Of a stretch of DNA of 64,000 nt, positions 34,065-43,327 are shown one piece after another (the stretch's first letter is position 1; each line of letters opens with the position of its first letter). This DNA is from an uncultured Acidobacteriota bacterium. Lineage in GTDB: Bacteria; Acidobacteriota; Thermoanaerobaculia; Multivoradales; JAHEKO01. Location: assembly GCA_963713825.1 (NCBI GenBank), contig CAVQNG010000003.1:800001-864000 (forward strand). Reading direction: 5' to 3'. The notes below the pieces were generated by a model that did not search any database, was not told where the DNA came from, and saw nothing but the letters and a program-made list of their open reading frames with translations. The position numbers and the translations under genes were made by a program.

Positions 34065-34945
34065 CCAATACCGGAAGGCGTTTTTTCTCGGGCAACACCC
34101 TCGAGCAGGCCGTGATGCAGGCGGCGAGCCACTATCAGATCGACCCTGACGAGGTGGCCTACCGCAAGATCGAGAAACGGCACGGCTTCTTGAAGACCCG
34201 CCGCGGCGTGGTGATCGACGTCGACCCTGACAACCCTCGTCGAGCCGGCGGACAGGAAGTTCTGGCGCCTGCTCCGGTGGAGCCGGAAGACATCGATTCT
34301 CCCGAGGAGTTGGAAAGGGACGAAGAGTTGTTTGTGCTCAGATCCCAGGACCTGGTAGATGAGCCAACGGAGGGCGCTGAGTTCGCCACATCAGCCGAGC
34401 CGACTCCCGAACCGGAAGAGGACGTAACGGCGACGCCCTCGGAGCCCCTTCCTGAAGCGACAGGCGAAATGGCGGAGGCTGCGCGTGAAGCTGTCGAAGC
34501 GCTTCTAGAGGTAGCGGGGCTGGAGTTGAGCGCGGAAGTTTTTCAAGGGGATGGTCAACTGGAGATCGAGCTCAATGGTGCGGGGCAGCAGGAGTTGATC
34601 GCGGACCGCGGCAGTCTCCTGTTGGCGATACAGCACCTACTACCGCGAACGATTCGCGGTCTGACCGGTAGGTCGGTACCTTGCCGGGTCGATTCCGGCA
34701 ATTTTCACAAGATGCAGGAGGAGAGCCTCGAGAGGCTGGCTCGCAAGACAGCCGAAGAGGTCAAGCAAGGGCAGGTGCCGGTGTCGCTCGATCCAATGAA
34801 CCCCGCCGAACGCCGCATCATCCACCTCTCGTTGGCGGATGACGACGAGGTCGTCACGGAGAGTCAGGGGCGGGGTTTCTTCAAACGGGTTGCAATCCGC
34901 CCGGCGAGGCTGCGGCCGCGGGGCTTCGACCGTTACAACCGGTAG
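34061..34945 (+). CDS. jag: Jag/EloR (KhpB) RNA-binding protein
   Basis: Jag_N-like N-terminus, KH-like region, R3H motif PMNPAERRIIH; follows yidC. Confidence 0.85.
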   Translation: MTNTGRRFFSGNTLEQAVMQAASHYQIDPDEVAYRKIEKRHGFLKTRRGVVIDVDPDNPRRAGGQEVLAPAPVEPEDIDSPEELERDEELFVLRSQDLVDEPTEGAEFATSAEPTPEPEEDVTATPSEPLPEATGEMAEAAREAVEALLEVAGLELSAEVFQGDGQLEIELNGAGQQELIADRGSLLLAIQHLLPRTIRGLTGRSVPCRVDSGNFHKMQEESLERLARKTAEEVKQGQVPVSLDPMNPAERRIIHLSLADDDEVVTESQGRGFFKRVAIRPARLRPRGFDRYNR

Positions 34946-35313
34946 CGCTCTTTCATCTTCAGGAAGCGCGAGTAGGCCTTCTTGTCCAAGTCCGGAGAGA
35001 GGCGTTCTTCGAGAATGGGCAGGAGCACGCCGCGTAGGTACTCTCCACGAGCCATCCATTGATAGTAGCTGCGGCCACCATGGTGATAGGGGCCGTAGAG
35101 CTTACCACCCGGAAAAGTCTCTTGGATCCAGAGGAAGAGAGCTTCGTGGTCGGTATGCATACGGAGTGTGACGTGGGGCTGCCGCCCATCGCCACCGAAG
35201 TGTCCCTCGCCGACCAGTAGGCCGATTAGGTAGCCGACGTCGAAGTCTGTTGGCTTGTCTGGTTGTTTCACCGTCAGGTTTCCCGTGAAACACTCGGGTT
35301 GTTTCACCGTCAT
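34933..35313 (-). CDS. Small single-motif LAGLIDADG-like protein (alternative start 35394)
   Basis: GYLIGLLVGEGHF resembles the LAGLIDADG helix, followed by a beta-beta-alpha-beta-beta-alpha-like pattern. Confidence 0.7.
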   Translation of the reverse strand: MTVKQPECFTGNLTVKQPDKPTDFDVGYLIGLLVGEGHFGGDGRQPHVTLRMHTDHEALFLWIQETFPGGKLYGPYHHGGRSYYQWMARGEYLRGVLLPILEERLSPDLDKKAYSRFLKMKERYRL

Positions 35314-35328
35314 GTTTCCCGTGAAACA
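35261..35328. repeat. parS: Tandem 32-bp direct repeat (36-bp period) containing two parS-like sites
   Basis: GGTTGTTTCACCGTCA[G/T]GTTTCCCGTGAAACA twice; 35277-35292 and 35313-35328 match TGTTTCACGTGAAACA with 2 and 1 mismatches. Confidence 0.85.
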
Positions 35329-35363
35329 TTCTAGCGAAAAGAGGCCCTGCCCGCTCAGTGCAG

Positions 35364-35455
35364 GGGTTGAGTCGGCAGGGCTTCGCCCGTCCAATCTTTG
35401 AGGGCTCGGGGTTGAGGCGACCCGACTTCGCCTGGCCGGTCCTTGGGGCAGTGGG
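35364..35455. repeat. Two tandem copies (45-bp period) of the GGGTTGAG-N24-CYTTG(A)GGGC repeat
   Basis: Copies start at 35364 and 35409; same ends as the copies after the tRNA-Ser genes. Confidence 0.6.
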
Positions 35456-35521
35456 TAATGAGGATGTTCGCGTAGCAGCCCCTACTCCCCTCGGGCGCTG
35501 AAAGAATGAAGGGGAAGACTA

Positions 35522-36217
35522 GTGATTACCGGAAGGGTCTTCTCGTTGTGGCTACAATCGCAGACAATGTCTGTCATGGGAGTAAATCTGCCGTTGCTGG
35601 AGCGTGCTGAGTTCGAGTCCCGACTCCGAGGGTGTTCAGTGGTGGAGCTATCAGGCGAGGCGATCCAAAGGTTGTGGATTCACTACCAGGAGATGGTGCG
35701 GTGGAACCCAACGGTTTCTCTGGTGGGTCCAGGAACTGTGGACGAGGTTGTCGAGCGGCACTATGGGGAATCCCTGGCGGCCATTCCGCTCCTCGACCCG
35801 AAATGGAAGGTAGTGGTGGATATCGGTTCGGGGGCTGGTTTTCCGGGCCTGGTGTTGGCTGCAGCGAACCCGGAGCTCGAGGTTGTTCTGGTAGAGAGCC
35901 GAGAGCGAAAGTGTGTGTTCCTCGAAACGGTGATTCGCAAGTCTACGTTGCCGTGTACATGCCTCGGTGCTAGAGTCGGCAGCACTCCACCCGAGGGGTT
36001 GCCTGCGGAGATCGACCTAGTGACCTCGCGCGGCGTGAGCCTTTTGCCGAGCGCCTTGGAGAGCCTTGCGGGTCGAATGGACGCCGGAGCGGGGGCCCTC
36101 TTCTGGGTCGGGACGGAAGCCCCGGATCTGCCGGCAGGGTGGACCGCTCGGGGTGGAGTCATGCTTCCAGGGAGTCGGACGAGGTCGATCTTGCAGGTTC
36201 GAGTGGAGGGTGACTAG
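35522..36217 (+). CDS. rsmG: 16S rRNA m7G527 methyltransferase RsmG/GidB (start possibly 35567-35576)
   Basis: [28 protein letters not shown]; upstream of parA. Confidence 0.9.
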   Translation: MITGRVFSLWLQSQTMSVMGVNLPLLERAEFESRLRGCSVVELSGEAIQRLWIHYQEMVRWNPTVSLVGPGTVDEVVERHYGESLAAIPLLDPKWKVVVDIGSGAGFPGLVLAAANPELEVVLVESRERKCVFLETVIRKSTLPCTCLGARVGSTPPEGLPAEIDLVTSRGVSLLPSALESLAGRMDAGAGALFWVGTEAPDLPAGWTARGGVMLPGSRTRSILQVRVEGD

Positions 36218-36222
36218 AGCCG

Positions 36223-36987
36223 ATGGCATTGAGGAAAGTGCTGGCAATTGCCAACCAGAAAGGCGGGGTTGGGAAGACTACGACCGCGATCAATCTTGGC
36301 GCGGCGTTGGCCGCATTGGAGAAGAAGATCCTGCTGGTGGACTGCGATCCCCAAGCCAATGCCAGTCGGGGTCTCGGGGTGATCGCCGAAGAGCCAAACC
36401 TCTACGACGTTCTGACGGGTGAAGCCGCGGTGCAAGAGGCTGTGCGGTCAACCGGATTCCCTTTCCTGGATGTCGTGCCGGCGGCCAGGGATCTCGTCGG
36501 TGTAGAGGTCGAGTTTGTAGGCCTCGAAGGTTGGGAGTTTCGCCTGGCGAGAGCACTGGAGAGCGTTCGGTCGCAGTACGACGCAATACTCCTCGATTGC
36601 CCGCCTTCCCTCGGCCATTTGACCGTCAATGCTCTAGTGGCGGCTGATGGTGTGGTCGTGCCGCTTCAGTGCGAGTACTTTGCCCTCGAGGGGATTAGTG
36701 ACCTTGTCTCGACGGTGCAGAGAATTCAACTCGGCACCAACCCGAAGCTGTCGATTGCAGGGATTTTATTGACGATGTACGACGAGCGAACGAACCTCTC
36801 GAAGGATGTCGCGAGCGAGGCGAGAAAACACTTCAGCGACCGCGTCTACGAGACAATCGTTCCGCGCAATGTTCGACTGGCGGAGGCGCCGAGCCACGGC
36901 ACTCCGATTTTCGCATACGACATCAAGAGCAAAGGCGCCCAGGCATACCTGGCGCTGGCGCGGGAGGTCTTGCAGCGAGCGGCATGA
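36223..36987 (+). CDS. parA: Chromosome partitioning ATPase ParA/Soj
   Basis: [40 protein letters not shown]. Confidence 0.97.
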   Translation: MALRKVLAIANQKGGVGKTTTAINLGAALAALEKKILLVDCDPQANASRGLGVIAEEPNLYDVLTGEAAVQEAVRSTGFPFLDVVPAARDLVGVEVEFVGLEGWEFRLARALESVRSQYDAILLDCPPSLGHLTVNALVAADGVVVPLQCEYFALEGISDLVSTVQRIQLGTNPKLSIAGILLTMYDERTNLSKDVASEARKHFSDRVYETIVPRNVRLAEAPSHGTPIFAYDIKSKGAQAYLALAREVLQRAA

Positions 36988-37838
36988 CAAGAAAGAAACG
37001 AGGTCTCGGCAGGGGATTGGACGCGTTGCTCGAACCGTCTGCAGCACCGGTTCGCACGTTGACGTTGGGCGAACTGGCGCCGAATCGGTATCAACCACGC
37101 AGCGACTTCGACGACGTTGGCTTAGAAGAGCTTGCCGAATCGATCCGCAGCCAAGGAGTGGTGCAGCCCATTGTCGTTACACCGGGCAGCGATGGCAAAT
37201 TCACCATCATTGCCGGTGAGCGTCGGTGGAGGGCGGCTCGCCGGGCCGGGTTGCTCGAGGTGCCAGTTGTCATCCGAGAGCTGGAAAACGACCGCCAACT
37301 GCTGGAGATGGCGCTGGTCGAGAATCTGCAACGCTCAGATTTGAACCCCGTGGAAGAAGGCGAGGCCTATCGTTCGTTGAAGGACTCGTTTGGCCTGTCC
37401 CAGGAAGAGATCGCTCGGCAGGTCGGCAAGGCTCGCAGCACGATCAGCAATGCGGTTCGACTCCTTTCCTTGCCCGACGAGATCCAGGACATGTTGAGGG
37501 ACGGGCGACTGGCGGCTGGGCAGGCGCGTCCGTTGCTTGCTCTCGAAGATGTCGAGCGCCAGTTGGAACTGGCCCGGAGGGCGGTGAAGCTGGGGCTCAC
37601 AGCGAGACAGTTGGAGGAGTTGGCCGGGGATCGACAGAAACCGCGAGCGAAGAAGCCTTCCATAGCGTCGGACCCCGACACCCGGGCAGCTGCGGAGCGG
37701 CTGACTCGTAGGCTCCAAACCAAAGTGGAAATACGCCGAAAAGGTAAGGGCGGAACGGTTCGACTCCATTTCCACACCGAGGAAGAGTTGATGCGTCTCT
37801 ATGAATTCCTGCTCCGACCAGGGGGCGAAGATCGATGA
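36984..37838 (+). CDS. parB: Chromosome partitioning protein ParB/Spo0J
   Basis: [30 protein letters not shown] region. Confidence 0.97.
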   Translation: MTRKKRGLGRGLDALLEPSAAPVRTLTLGELAPNRYQPRSDFDDVGLEELAESIRSQGVVQPIVVTPGSDGKFTIIAGERRWRAARRAGLLEVPVVIRELENDRQLLEMALVENLQRSDLNPVEEGEAYRSLKDSFGLSQEEIARQVGKARSTISNAVRLLSLPDEIQDMLRDGRLAAGQARPLLALEDVERQLELARRAVKLGLTARQLEELAGDRQKPRAKKPSIASDPDTRAAAERLTRRLQTKVEIRRKGKGGTVRLHFHTEEELMRLYEFLLRPGGEDR

Positions 37839-38263
37839 AACTGGGCAGAAGCGGCGGCGCCGGCGAGTTGAACGGATTCCTCGATGCCGGAAGCTCGATT
37901 CGGGGTGATCTTCACTTCGAAGACAATTTCCGGGTCGATGGTCGTCTGGTGGGTCGAATTGTCTCGAAGGGAGACCTCGTGGTCGGGAAGGATGGCGAGG
38001 TGGATGGCGAGGTGGAGGTCATGAATCTCTATGTCTTCGGCACCTTGCGGGGCAAGGTCAAGGCCCGAAAGCGGGTCGAGATGTCGGCCGGAGCGAAGAT
38101 CTTCGCGGACATCGAGACCGAGACGTTCGACATCGACGACGGGGCTCAATTCGAGGGGCACTGCAAGATGAGAGGTCGAGGCGGCGCAGAGCGCAGCGTT
38201 GGCAGGATGTCGGAGAGCCGCCAGGTGCCCAGGGTGCTGCCTCGCTCGGGAAGTGGCGAGTAG
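37835..38263 (+). CDS. Bactofilin (polymer-forming cytoskeletal protein)
   Basis: Beta-helix repeats IRGDL..RVDG..VDGEV..GAQFEGHCKM; ATGA overlap with parB. Confidence 0.88.
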   Translation: MKLGRSGGAGELNGFLDAGSSIRGDLHFEDNFRVDGRLVGRIVSKGDLVVGKDGEVDGEVEVMNLYVFGTLRGKVKARKRVEMSAGAKIFADIETETFDIDDGAQFEGHCKMRGRGGAERSVGRMSESRQVPRVLPRSGSGE

Positions 38264-38274
38264 GCTACCAATCC

Positions 38275-40053
38275 TCACTCAGACAGGGGTAGAACTCGAA
38301 CCGGAATGCCGGGTTGGGTGACGATCGTCTCGTACGAAGGCACGAAAGTCAGCGGATTACGGGCCAGATAGGCCGATTCGAAAGCGCCTGTGAGAACCCG
38401 ACCGTCCAGGTCGCGGGAGATCGGAAAGCGCAGGGCATAGAGCAGGGTGGGCACGATGTCCACAAGACGGGCGCCTTCGAGAAAGGTACCGGCCTTGAAG
38501 CCGGTTCCCAACGCGACGAACAGACCGTCCGGTGAGTGCTGGTATTTCCCCCGCAGCTGGCGGCCTGTCGTGCGAGCCCAGGACTTGCCTATCCCCTTGG
38601 GCGCTTCGAATCCGTAGGCAGAAACCACGGCAAGCATCTTGGGACCACTCTGCCGCTCCCACAGGTCTGCCAGAAAACGGTCGAGGTAGCTGTAGTAAAA
38701 GGATAAGAAATGAGCCGCGTCTTGCTGCGGTCTCCCTGTCTCGCCATCGAATTCCACTGCGGAGAAACCACCGAAGTACTGGCTCGAAACCTCAGCCAGG
38801 CCCGGCAGGACGAGAAACACGGCCCGCACTTCCCGCCGTTGCTCGACCAGGAATCGAGTCAAGGACTGTCGCCACAAGTCACCGGCGAGCGATTGAAGTA
38901 AGGAGTAGGGGATCTGTCCTTCAAGCTCACCCACGAGCGTCGGATCGACTTCCTCGGGATCGATCTGGAAGAGGACACCTCGCTCGGCCAATTCGCCAGG
39001 CTGTGCCGTTGCAGAACGATAATCTCCTCCGAAGTACTGTTCAGAGAAGGAGAAGGCGCTGGCCGGAGAAACGGGGTTGGTTGCCGGCCAGCCGACCTGG
39101 CCCGTAGGAACCTCCAGCCTCTCGAGGATCTCCCAGAGGGTTAGGGAACGCCGTACGGTCGAGTCCACAGGCCTGGAGCGGTGGAAGGTATTCAATGCGA
39201 CTTCGGATAAGGGTGTCGGAAGAATCTGTAGAAGGGCTTGTGGCTCGATCCAATCGGCGCTGAAGGTTCTGTCGGCAACAACGCCGTGGCGGAAGGGGAG
39301 TTTGCCGGTGGCCAGGGTCGTCCAGAGCGGTGCGCGATGGACCGGCGCAATGCTCTCGGGGCGGGCATAGACGCCTTCCTCGAGTAGACGTGACAGAAAG
39401 GGCAGCCGCCCACGGCGAGCCAGCGGCAGGACAGCATCGAGGGAGGCGCCGTCGAGTCCCACGACAATGAGAGTCGGACGTCTTTCGAGCTCGACGACGG
39501 AAGGCAACGGCGTGGGCCGCGTATAGGGCTTGAAGGCCTCTCGGCGCTCGGCCATTACGTAGACAGAAAGGAAGGCGAGAATCGTCAAGCCGACCCGGCT
39601 TCTCCAACCATAGGGGCGGTTGTTCAGTGTGTGGAGAAGTGCCGTGTAGAAGAAGATCAAAGCCACGAGCGTCAACCAGATGGCGGCTTTGATGAGCCGG
39701 ATGTTGATACCCGGGGGAAGGAAGTAGGAAGAGCGTGAGGCGTGGAGCCAATCAATCGTGGCGACAGCCGCCAGGACGAAGGTCATGGCCCACGGCAGCA
39801 AGCGCTGCGCGCGATTTCCCGGTCCCCTTGTCCAAGGGAGAAGGAGGATCAAGGAGCTCAGAGAAGCCAGGGCGCAGTAGAGTGCTGTGCTTCGAATCCA
39901 GGGCAGGAGCTCGAAGGGCAGCTCGGGGTTGAGAAAGAAGAGAAGGCTCGAGAGGTGAGCCCCGGCAAGAAGACCGGGCAGGGCTGTCAGGGCGACGATG
40001 CGCCACCCTGGGTCGACCCCGGCAGGGGGCTGAAGATCCTGATGCTCATCCAT
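38275..40053 (-). CDS. Membrane protein with alkaline phosphatase/NPP superfamily domain
   Basis: About 6 N-terminal TMs; VVGLDGA, PLWTTLATGK..HG, DIVPTLL..LDGRVL. Confidence 0.75.
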   Translation of the reverse strand: MDEHQDLQPPAGVDPGWRIVALTALPGLLAGAHLSSLLFFLNPELPFELLPWIRSTALYCALASLSSLILLLPWTRGPGNRAQRLLPWAMTFVLAAVATIDWLHASRSSYFLPPGINIRLIKAAIWLTLVALIFFYTALLHTLNNRPYGWRSRVGLTILAFLSVYVMAERREAFKPYTRPTPLPSVVELERRPTLIVVGLDGASLDAVLPLARRGRLPFLSRLLEEGVYARPESIAPVHRAPLWTTLATGKLPFRHGVVADRTFSADWIEPQALLQILPTPLSEVALNTFHRSRPVDSTVRRSLTLWEILERLEVPTGQVGWPATNPVSPASAFSFSEQYFGGDYRSATAQPGELAERGVLFQIDPEEVDPTLVGELEGQIPYSLLQSLAGDLWRQSLTRFLVEQRREVRAVFLVLPGLAEVSSQYFGGFSAVEFDGETGRPQQDAAHFLSFYYSYLDRFLADLWERQSGPKMLAVVSAYGFEAPKGIGKSWARTTGRQLRGKYQHSPDGLFVALGTGFKAGTFLEGARLVDIVPTLLYALRFPISRDLDGRVLTGAFESAYLARNPLTFVPSYETIVTQPGIPVRVLPLSE

Positions 40054-40224
40054 GCTGGAGTCGGGGGACGTCACGGCTGCTGCAGTTCGTGGACGGACTC
40101 TCAATACCTCTGTTACAGTCTCGACGGGCCAGGGGTCTCGCGTCGAAACGGGGCCACCAGAAGCCGAATCGCCAGCATAGCAGCAAAGCGGGGCGTACCA
40201 GGTTCTCGGCGAGCCACCTGAGAG

Positions 40225-41286
40225 GTGATCGAGCTGTTCGAGTCAACCATCCATGGTCTGTTGTTGAGGATGGACCCAGAAACCGCACATGGATTGGCCA
40301 TGTCCGGTCTGCAGAGCCTGCAGCAGATTCCTTTTGCACTGCAACGCTTCGAGAGCCAGCATCGGTTCGTCGATCCTCGTCTGTCTCAGGAGCTCTGGGG
40401 CAGACATTTTCCCAACCCGGTTGGCCTGGCGGCCGGGTTCGACAAGGACGCGGTTGCGGTACCCGCGCTGGCGGCGATGGGGTTCGGTTTCTTGGAAGTG
40501 GGGACGGTGACGCCCAGGCCACAGGCCGGCAACCCCAAGCCGAGGCTCTTTCGCCACCGTGAGCTGCGATCTCTGCAGAACGCCATGGGCTTCAACAATG
40601 CGGGCATGGAGAGCCTGGGGCGGAGATTGGCGAAGAGTTGGCCTCCACCGGTTCCCGTGGGTGTCAACATAGGCAAGAATCGGCAGACAGAATTGGCGGC
40701 AGCAGGCGAGGACTACAGGGTGCTGGTGCGGCATCTCGAACAGCATGCCGACTACTTCGTCATCAATATCTCTTCGCCCAACACTCCCGGCTTGCGGGAT
40801 CTTCAGCAAAAGGAGACCGTGGCTCAACTTCTCGAGATCTGTCTCGAGGAGACGGACGTTCCCGTCCTCGTAAAACTGTCGCCAGACATGGAGGATCGGC
40901 TGGCGGCTGAATTGGCACGCGTTGCCGTCGACGCCGGTGCTGCCGGCCTGATCCTGACCAATACGACAATCGACTACTCGCTCGTTCCCGAGCCTGAAGC
41001 GACGGGTGGGCTGAGTGGCCGAGTGCTGCGGCGCCGGAGTCTTGAGCTACTGAGGGTTGTCGCTTCGGAGGTCTTTGGCCGCTGTATCCTGATCAGTGTT
41101 GGCGGGATCGAGTCGGCATCGGATGTCTACTCCCGATTGCGAGCAGGAGCGCATCTGACGCAGATCTACACGTCCCTGATCTATGGGGGATCCCAACTCA
41201 TCCGTCAGATCAACAAGGAGCTCCTGGGTTTGCTCGAGAGAGACGGGATGGCAGATGTCCCTGGCGTCATCGGCGCGGATGTGTAA
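40225..41286 (+). CDS. pyrD: Quinone-dependent dihydroorotate dehydrogenase
   Basis: NPVGLAAGFDK, NISSPNTPGLR, VKLSPD, GGLSG. Confidence 0.95.
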   Translation: MIELFESTIHGLLLRMDPETAHGLAMSGLQSLQQIPFALQRFESQHRFVDPRLSQELWGRHFPNPVGLAAGFDKDAVAVPALAAMGFGFLEVGTVTPRPQAGNPKPRLFRHRELRSLQNAMGFNNAGMESLGRRLAKSWPPPVPVGVNIGKNRQTELAAAGEDYRVLVRHLEQHADYFVINISSPNTPGLRDLQQKETVAQLLEICLEETDVPVLVKLSPDMEDRLAAELARVAVDAGAAGLILTNTTIDYSLVPEPEATGGLSGRVLRRRSLELLRVVASEVFGRCILISVGGIESASDVYSRLRAGAHLTQIYTSLIYGGSQLIRQINKELLGLLERDGMADVPGVIGADV

Positions 41287-41441
41287 TTTCTACACGGATC
41301 TTCGTCTTGGTCCACTTTGGCTCTTAATTTTGGCTTTTCATTGACTAATAGTATTCTCGTGGTCATATTGTTCGGTATATTTTTGCTGTGATTGTCCACT
41401 ATTGACTTGTATCGAATGATTCTTGGGGCATTGCATGAGAG

Positions 41442-42179
41442 TTGAAACCGATGGATAGCGAGCAGAAGCGAGATCCGCTCGATCACCTGGCGATCGCGCT
41501 GGACACTTCGGAGTGGTCGACGTTCGAGAATTGGTGTGAGCAGTTTGGTCCTCGCGTCGGAGTGCTGAAGGTGGGTCTGGAGGCTTTTGTGAGATGGGGC
41601 CCCAGAGCTGTCGAGCTGGCCCGGCGTCATGCGCGAGGTCTCTTTCTAGATCTCAAGCTGCACGACATTCCGAACACGGTGAGCGGCGCGGTTTCAGCGG
41701 CTCGAGATTCTGGCGTCGACTTCCTGACGATTCATGCGTCCGGCGGAGGCGCGATGTTGGAGTCGGCGCAACGGGCAGCGAGCGATCGGTTGGCACTGCT
41801 GGCAGTCACCGTTCTGACCCATCTTGACCAGTCGGCCTTGGCGGATTTGGACCTGCCAGGCAACAGCCGTGAGCGAGCGCAGAATTGGGCCCGGTTGGCC
41901 CAGGTGAGCGGATGCTCGGGGGCCGTATGCTCACCGCTGGAAGTGGCTGCGCTTCGCGAATGTTGTGCAGCACCATTTCTGCTGGTGACTCCCGGTATTC
42001 GGCTGGCTGATGTCAGCCAGCAGGAGGATGACCAGCAACGGGTCGCGACCCCTGGAGACGCCGTGCGGGCAGGTGCGGATCTATTGGTGGTGGGCAGACC
42101 CGTTACTCGCGCTCCGGACCCGGAGACGGTGCTTCAGAGAATTGCCCGAGAGATCGAGGCAGCCCTGATTCCGAGTTGA
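41442..42179 (+). CDS. pyrF: Orotidine-5'-phosphate decarboxylase
   Basis: LKVG, DLKLHDIPNTV, VTPGIR, VVGRP. Confidence 0.96.
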   Translation: MKPMDSEQKRDPLDHLAIALDTSEWSTFENWCEQFGPRVGVLKVGLEAFVRWGPRAVELARRHARGLFLDLKLHDIPNTVSGAVSAARDSGVDFLTIHASGGGAMLESAQRAASDRLALLAVTVLTHLDQSALADLDLPGNSRERAQNWARLAQVSGCSGAVCSPLEVAALRECCAAPFLLVTPGIRLADVSQQEDDQQRVATPGDAVRAGADLLVVGRPVTRAPDPETVLQRIAREIEAALIPS

Positions 42180-42195
42180 GGAACCAGGGCGGAGC

Positions 42196-42564
42196 TCAGA
42201 CTGCAAAGACTGGTCGATCGACCACGTGATCGACTTCGATCACGTAGGTATAGCCCGGGAACTCGATGGGAATGCTGTATCGGGCGGTAATGATCACTCG
42301 CCCACCGCGACGTTGGACGGTGACATCCTTGGGTCCAACGGGCAGATCGAGGTCTTTCGCCCGGGCGAGAACATTTTTCTTGACGGCTTCTGCTGGAGTC
42401 CTCGTGGCGCGCTGAGCCTGCTCCTCCATGAAATCATACAACTCTGCGGTTCTGATCTTCACGGGAATGATCTTCCAGCAGGCGGCGAAAAACACGAAGA
42501 GAACCAGTGCCCAGATGACACATCCGATCTTGCCCTGGCCATGGCGAGTTTTCAGTGATGGCAT
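42196..42564 (-). CDS. DUF4845-like pilin-shaped membrane protein
   Basis: GQG followed by a hydrophobic N-terminal helix; downstream of lepB. Confidence 0.6.
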   Translation of the reverse strand: MPSLKTRHGQGKIGCVIWALVLFVFFAACWKIIPVKIRTAELYDFMEEQAQRATRTPAEAVKKNVLARAKDLDLPVGPKDVTVQRRGGRVIITARYSIPIEFPGYTYVIEVDHVVDRPVFAV

Positions 42565-42607
42565 CGTTGTCCCCCTGCTCGTTCTTGAAATCCTGTGAAG
42601 TTGAAGT

Positions 42608-43327
42608 TTAGCGCACAATTTGGAAAGAGCGATCCCAACGGGTATTGGTGAAGAACTTCAGGAAGACATCCGACAGCTGTCGAAACTTGCCTCCGTACCC
42701 TGGCCAATCGACAGGCGCCTCATCGCTGGCGAAAGACCAGTAGACGAGAAAGGCCCTACCTTTGATGTAGTCGGCTGGCACCGCACCCCAGAAGCGGGAG
42801 TCGTTCGAGTTGTCCCGATTATCACCCATGAAGAAGTACTGGTCGGCCGGCACGTCAAAGGGCCCAAAGTTGTCGCGATCCCGGTAGCCCTCGTGTAGAA
42901 AGACCGAGTGAGGGTAGATTCGGGAGTCCGAGTGATAGACGTAGTGGCCGTCCACCACCACCTCGCCGTTGACCTGGATTTTCTTGTCGACGATCTCGAT
43001 CGTATCGCCGGGCAGTCCGATGCAACGCTTGATGAAATCTCGCGACGGGTCCTCGGGAAACCGGAACACGACCACGTCGCCCCGCCGCACAGCCTGCGTA
43101 GGCAGCAGCCAGTTCTCGAGACCACCCAGGGTCGGTCCAAAGACGAACTTGTTGACCAGGATGTGGTCACCGATCAGGAGGTTCTGCTCCATGGAGCCAG
43201 TAGGTATCTTGAAAGCCTGGACCGCATAGGTCCGAGCGAACGTCGCGAAGATCACCGCGATGAGGAGGGCCTCGAAGTACTCCCGGAAGATCGATCTGGA
43301 AGAGGGCATCCGAACGCCCCCGATCAA
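42608..43327 (-). CDS. lepB: Signal peptidase I (copy 2)
   Basis: IPTGSM (Ser), FIKRCIG (Lys), GDNRDNSNDSRFWG. Confidence 0.93.
   Translation of the reverse strand: MIGGVRMPSSRSIFREYFEALLIAVIFATFARTYAVQAFKIPTGSMEQNLLIGDHILVNKFVFGPTLGGLENWLLPTQAVRRGDVVVFRFPEDPSRDFIKRCIGLPGDTIEIVDKKIQVNGEVVVDGHYVYHSDSRIYPHSVFLHEGYRDRDNFGPFDVPADQYFFMGDNRDNSNDSRFWGAVPADYIKGRAFLVYWSFASDEAPVDWPGYGGKFRQLSDVFLKFFTNTRWDRSFQIVR

Noticed and set aside
35261-35455. Mini CRISPR array
   Set aside because: Only two units per repeat type, 4-nt gaps in the parS repeat, and no cas genes; better explained as parS plus REP-like repeats.
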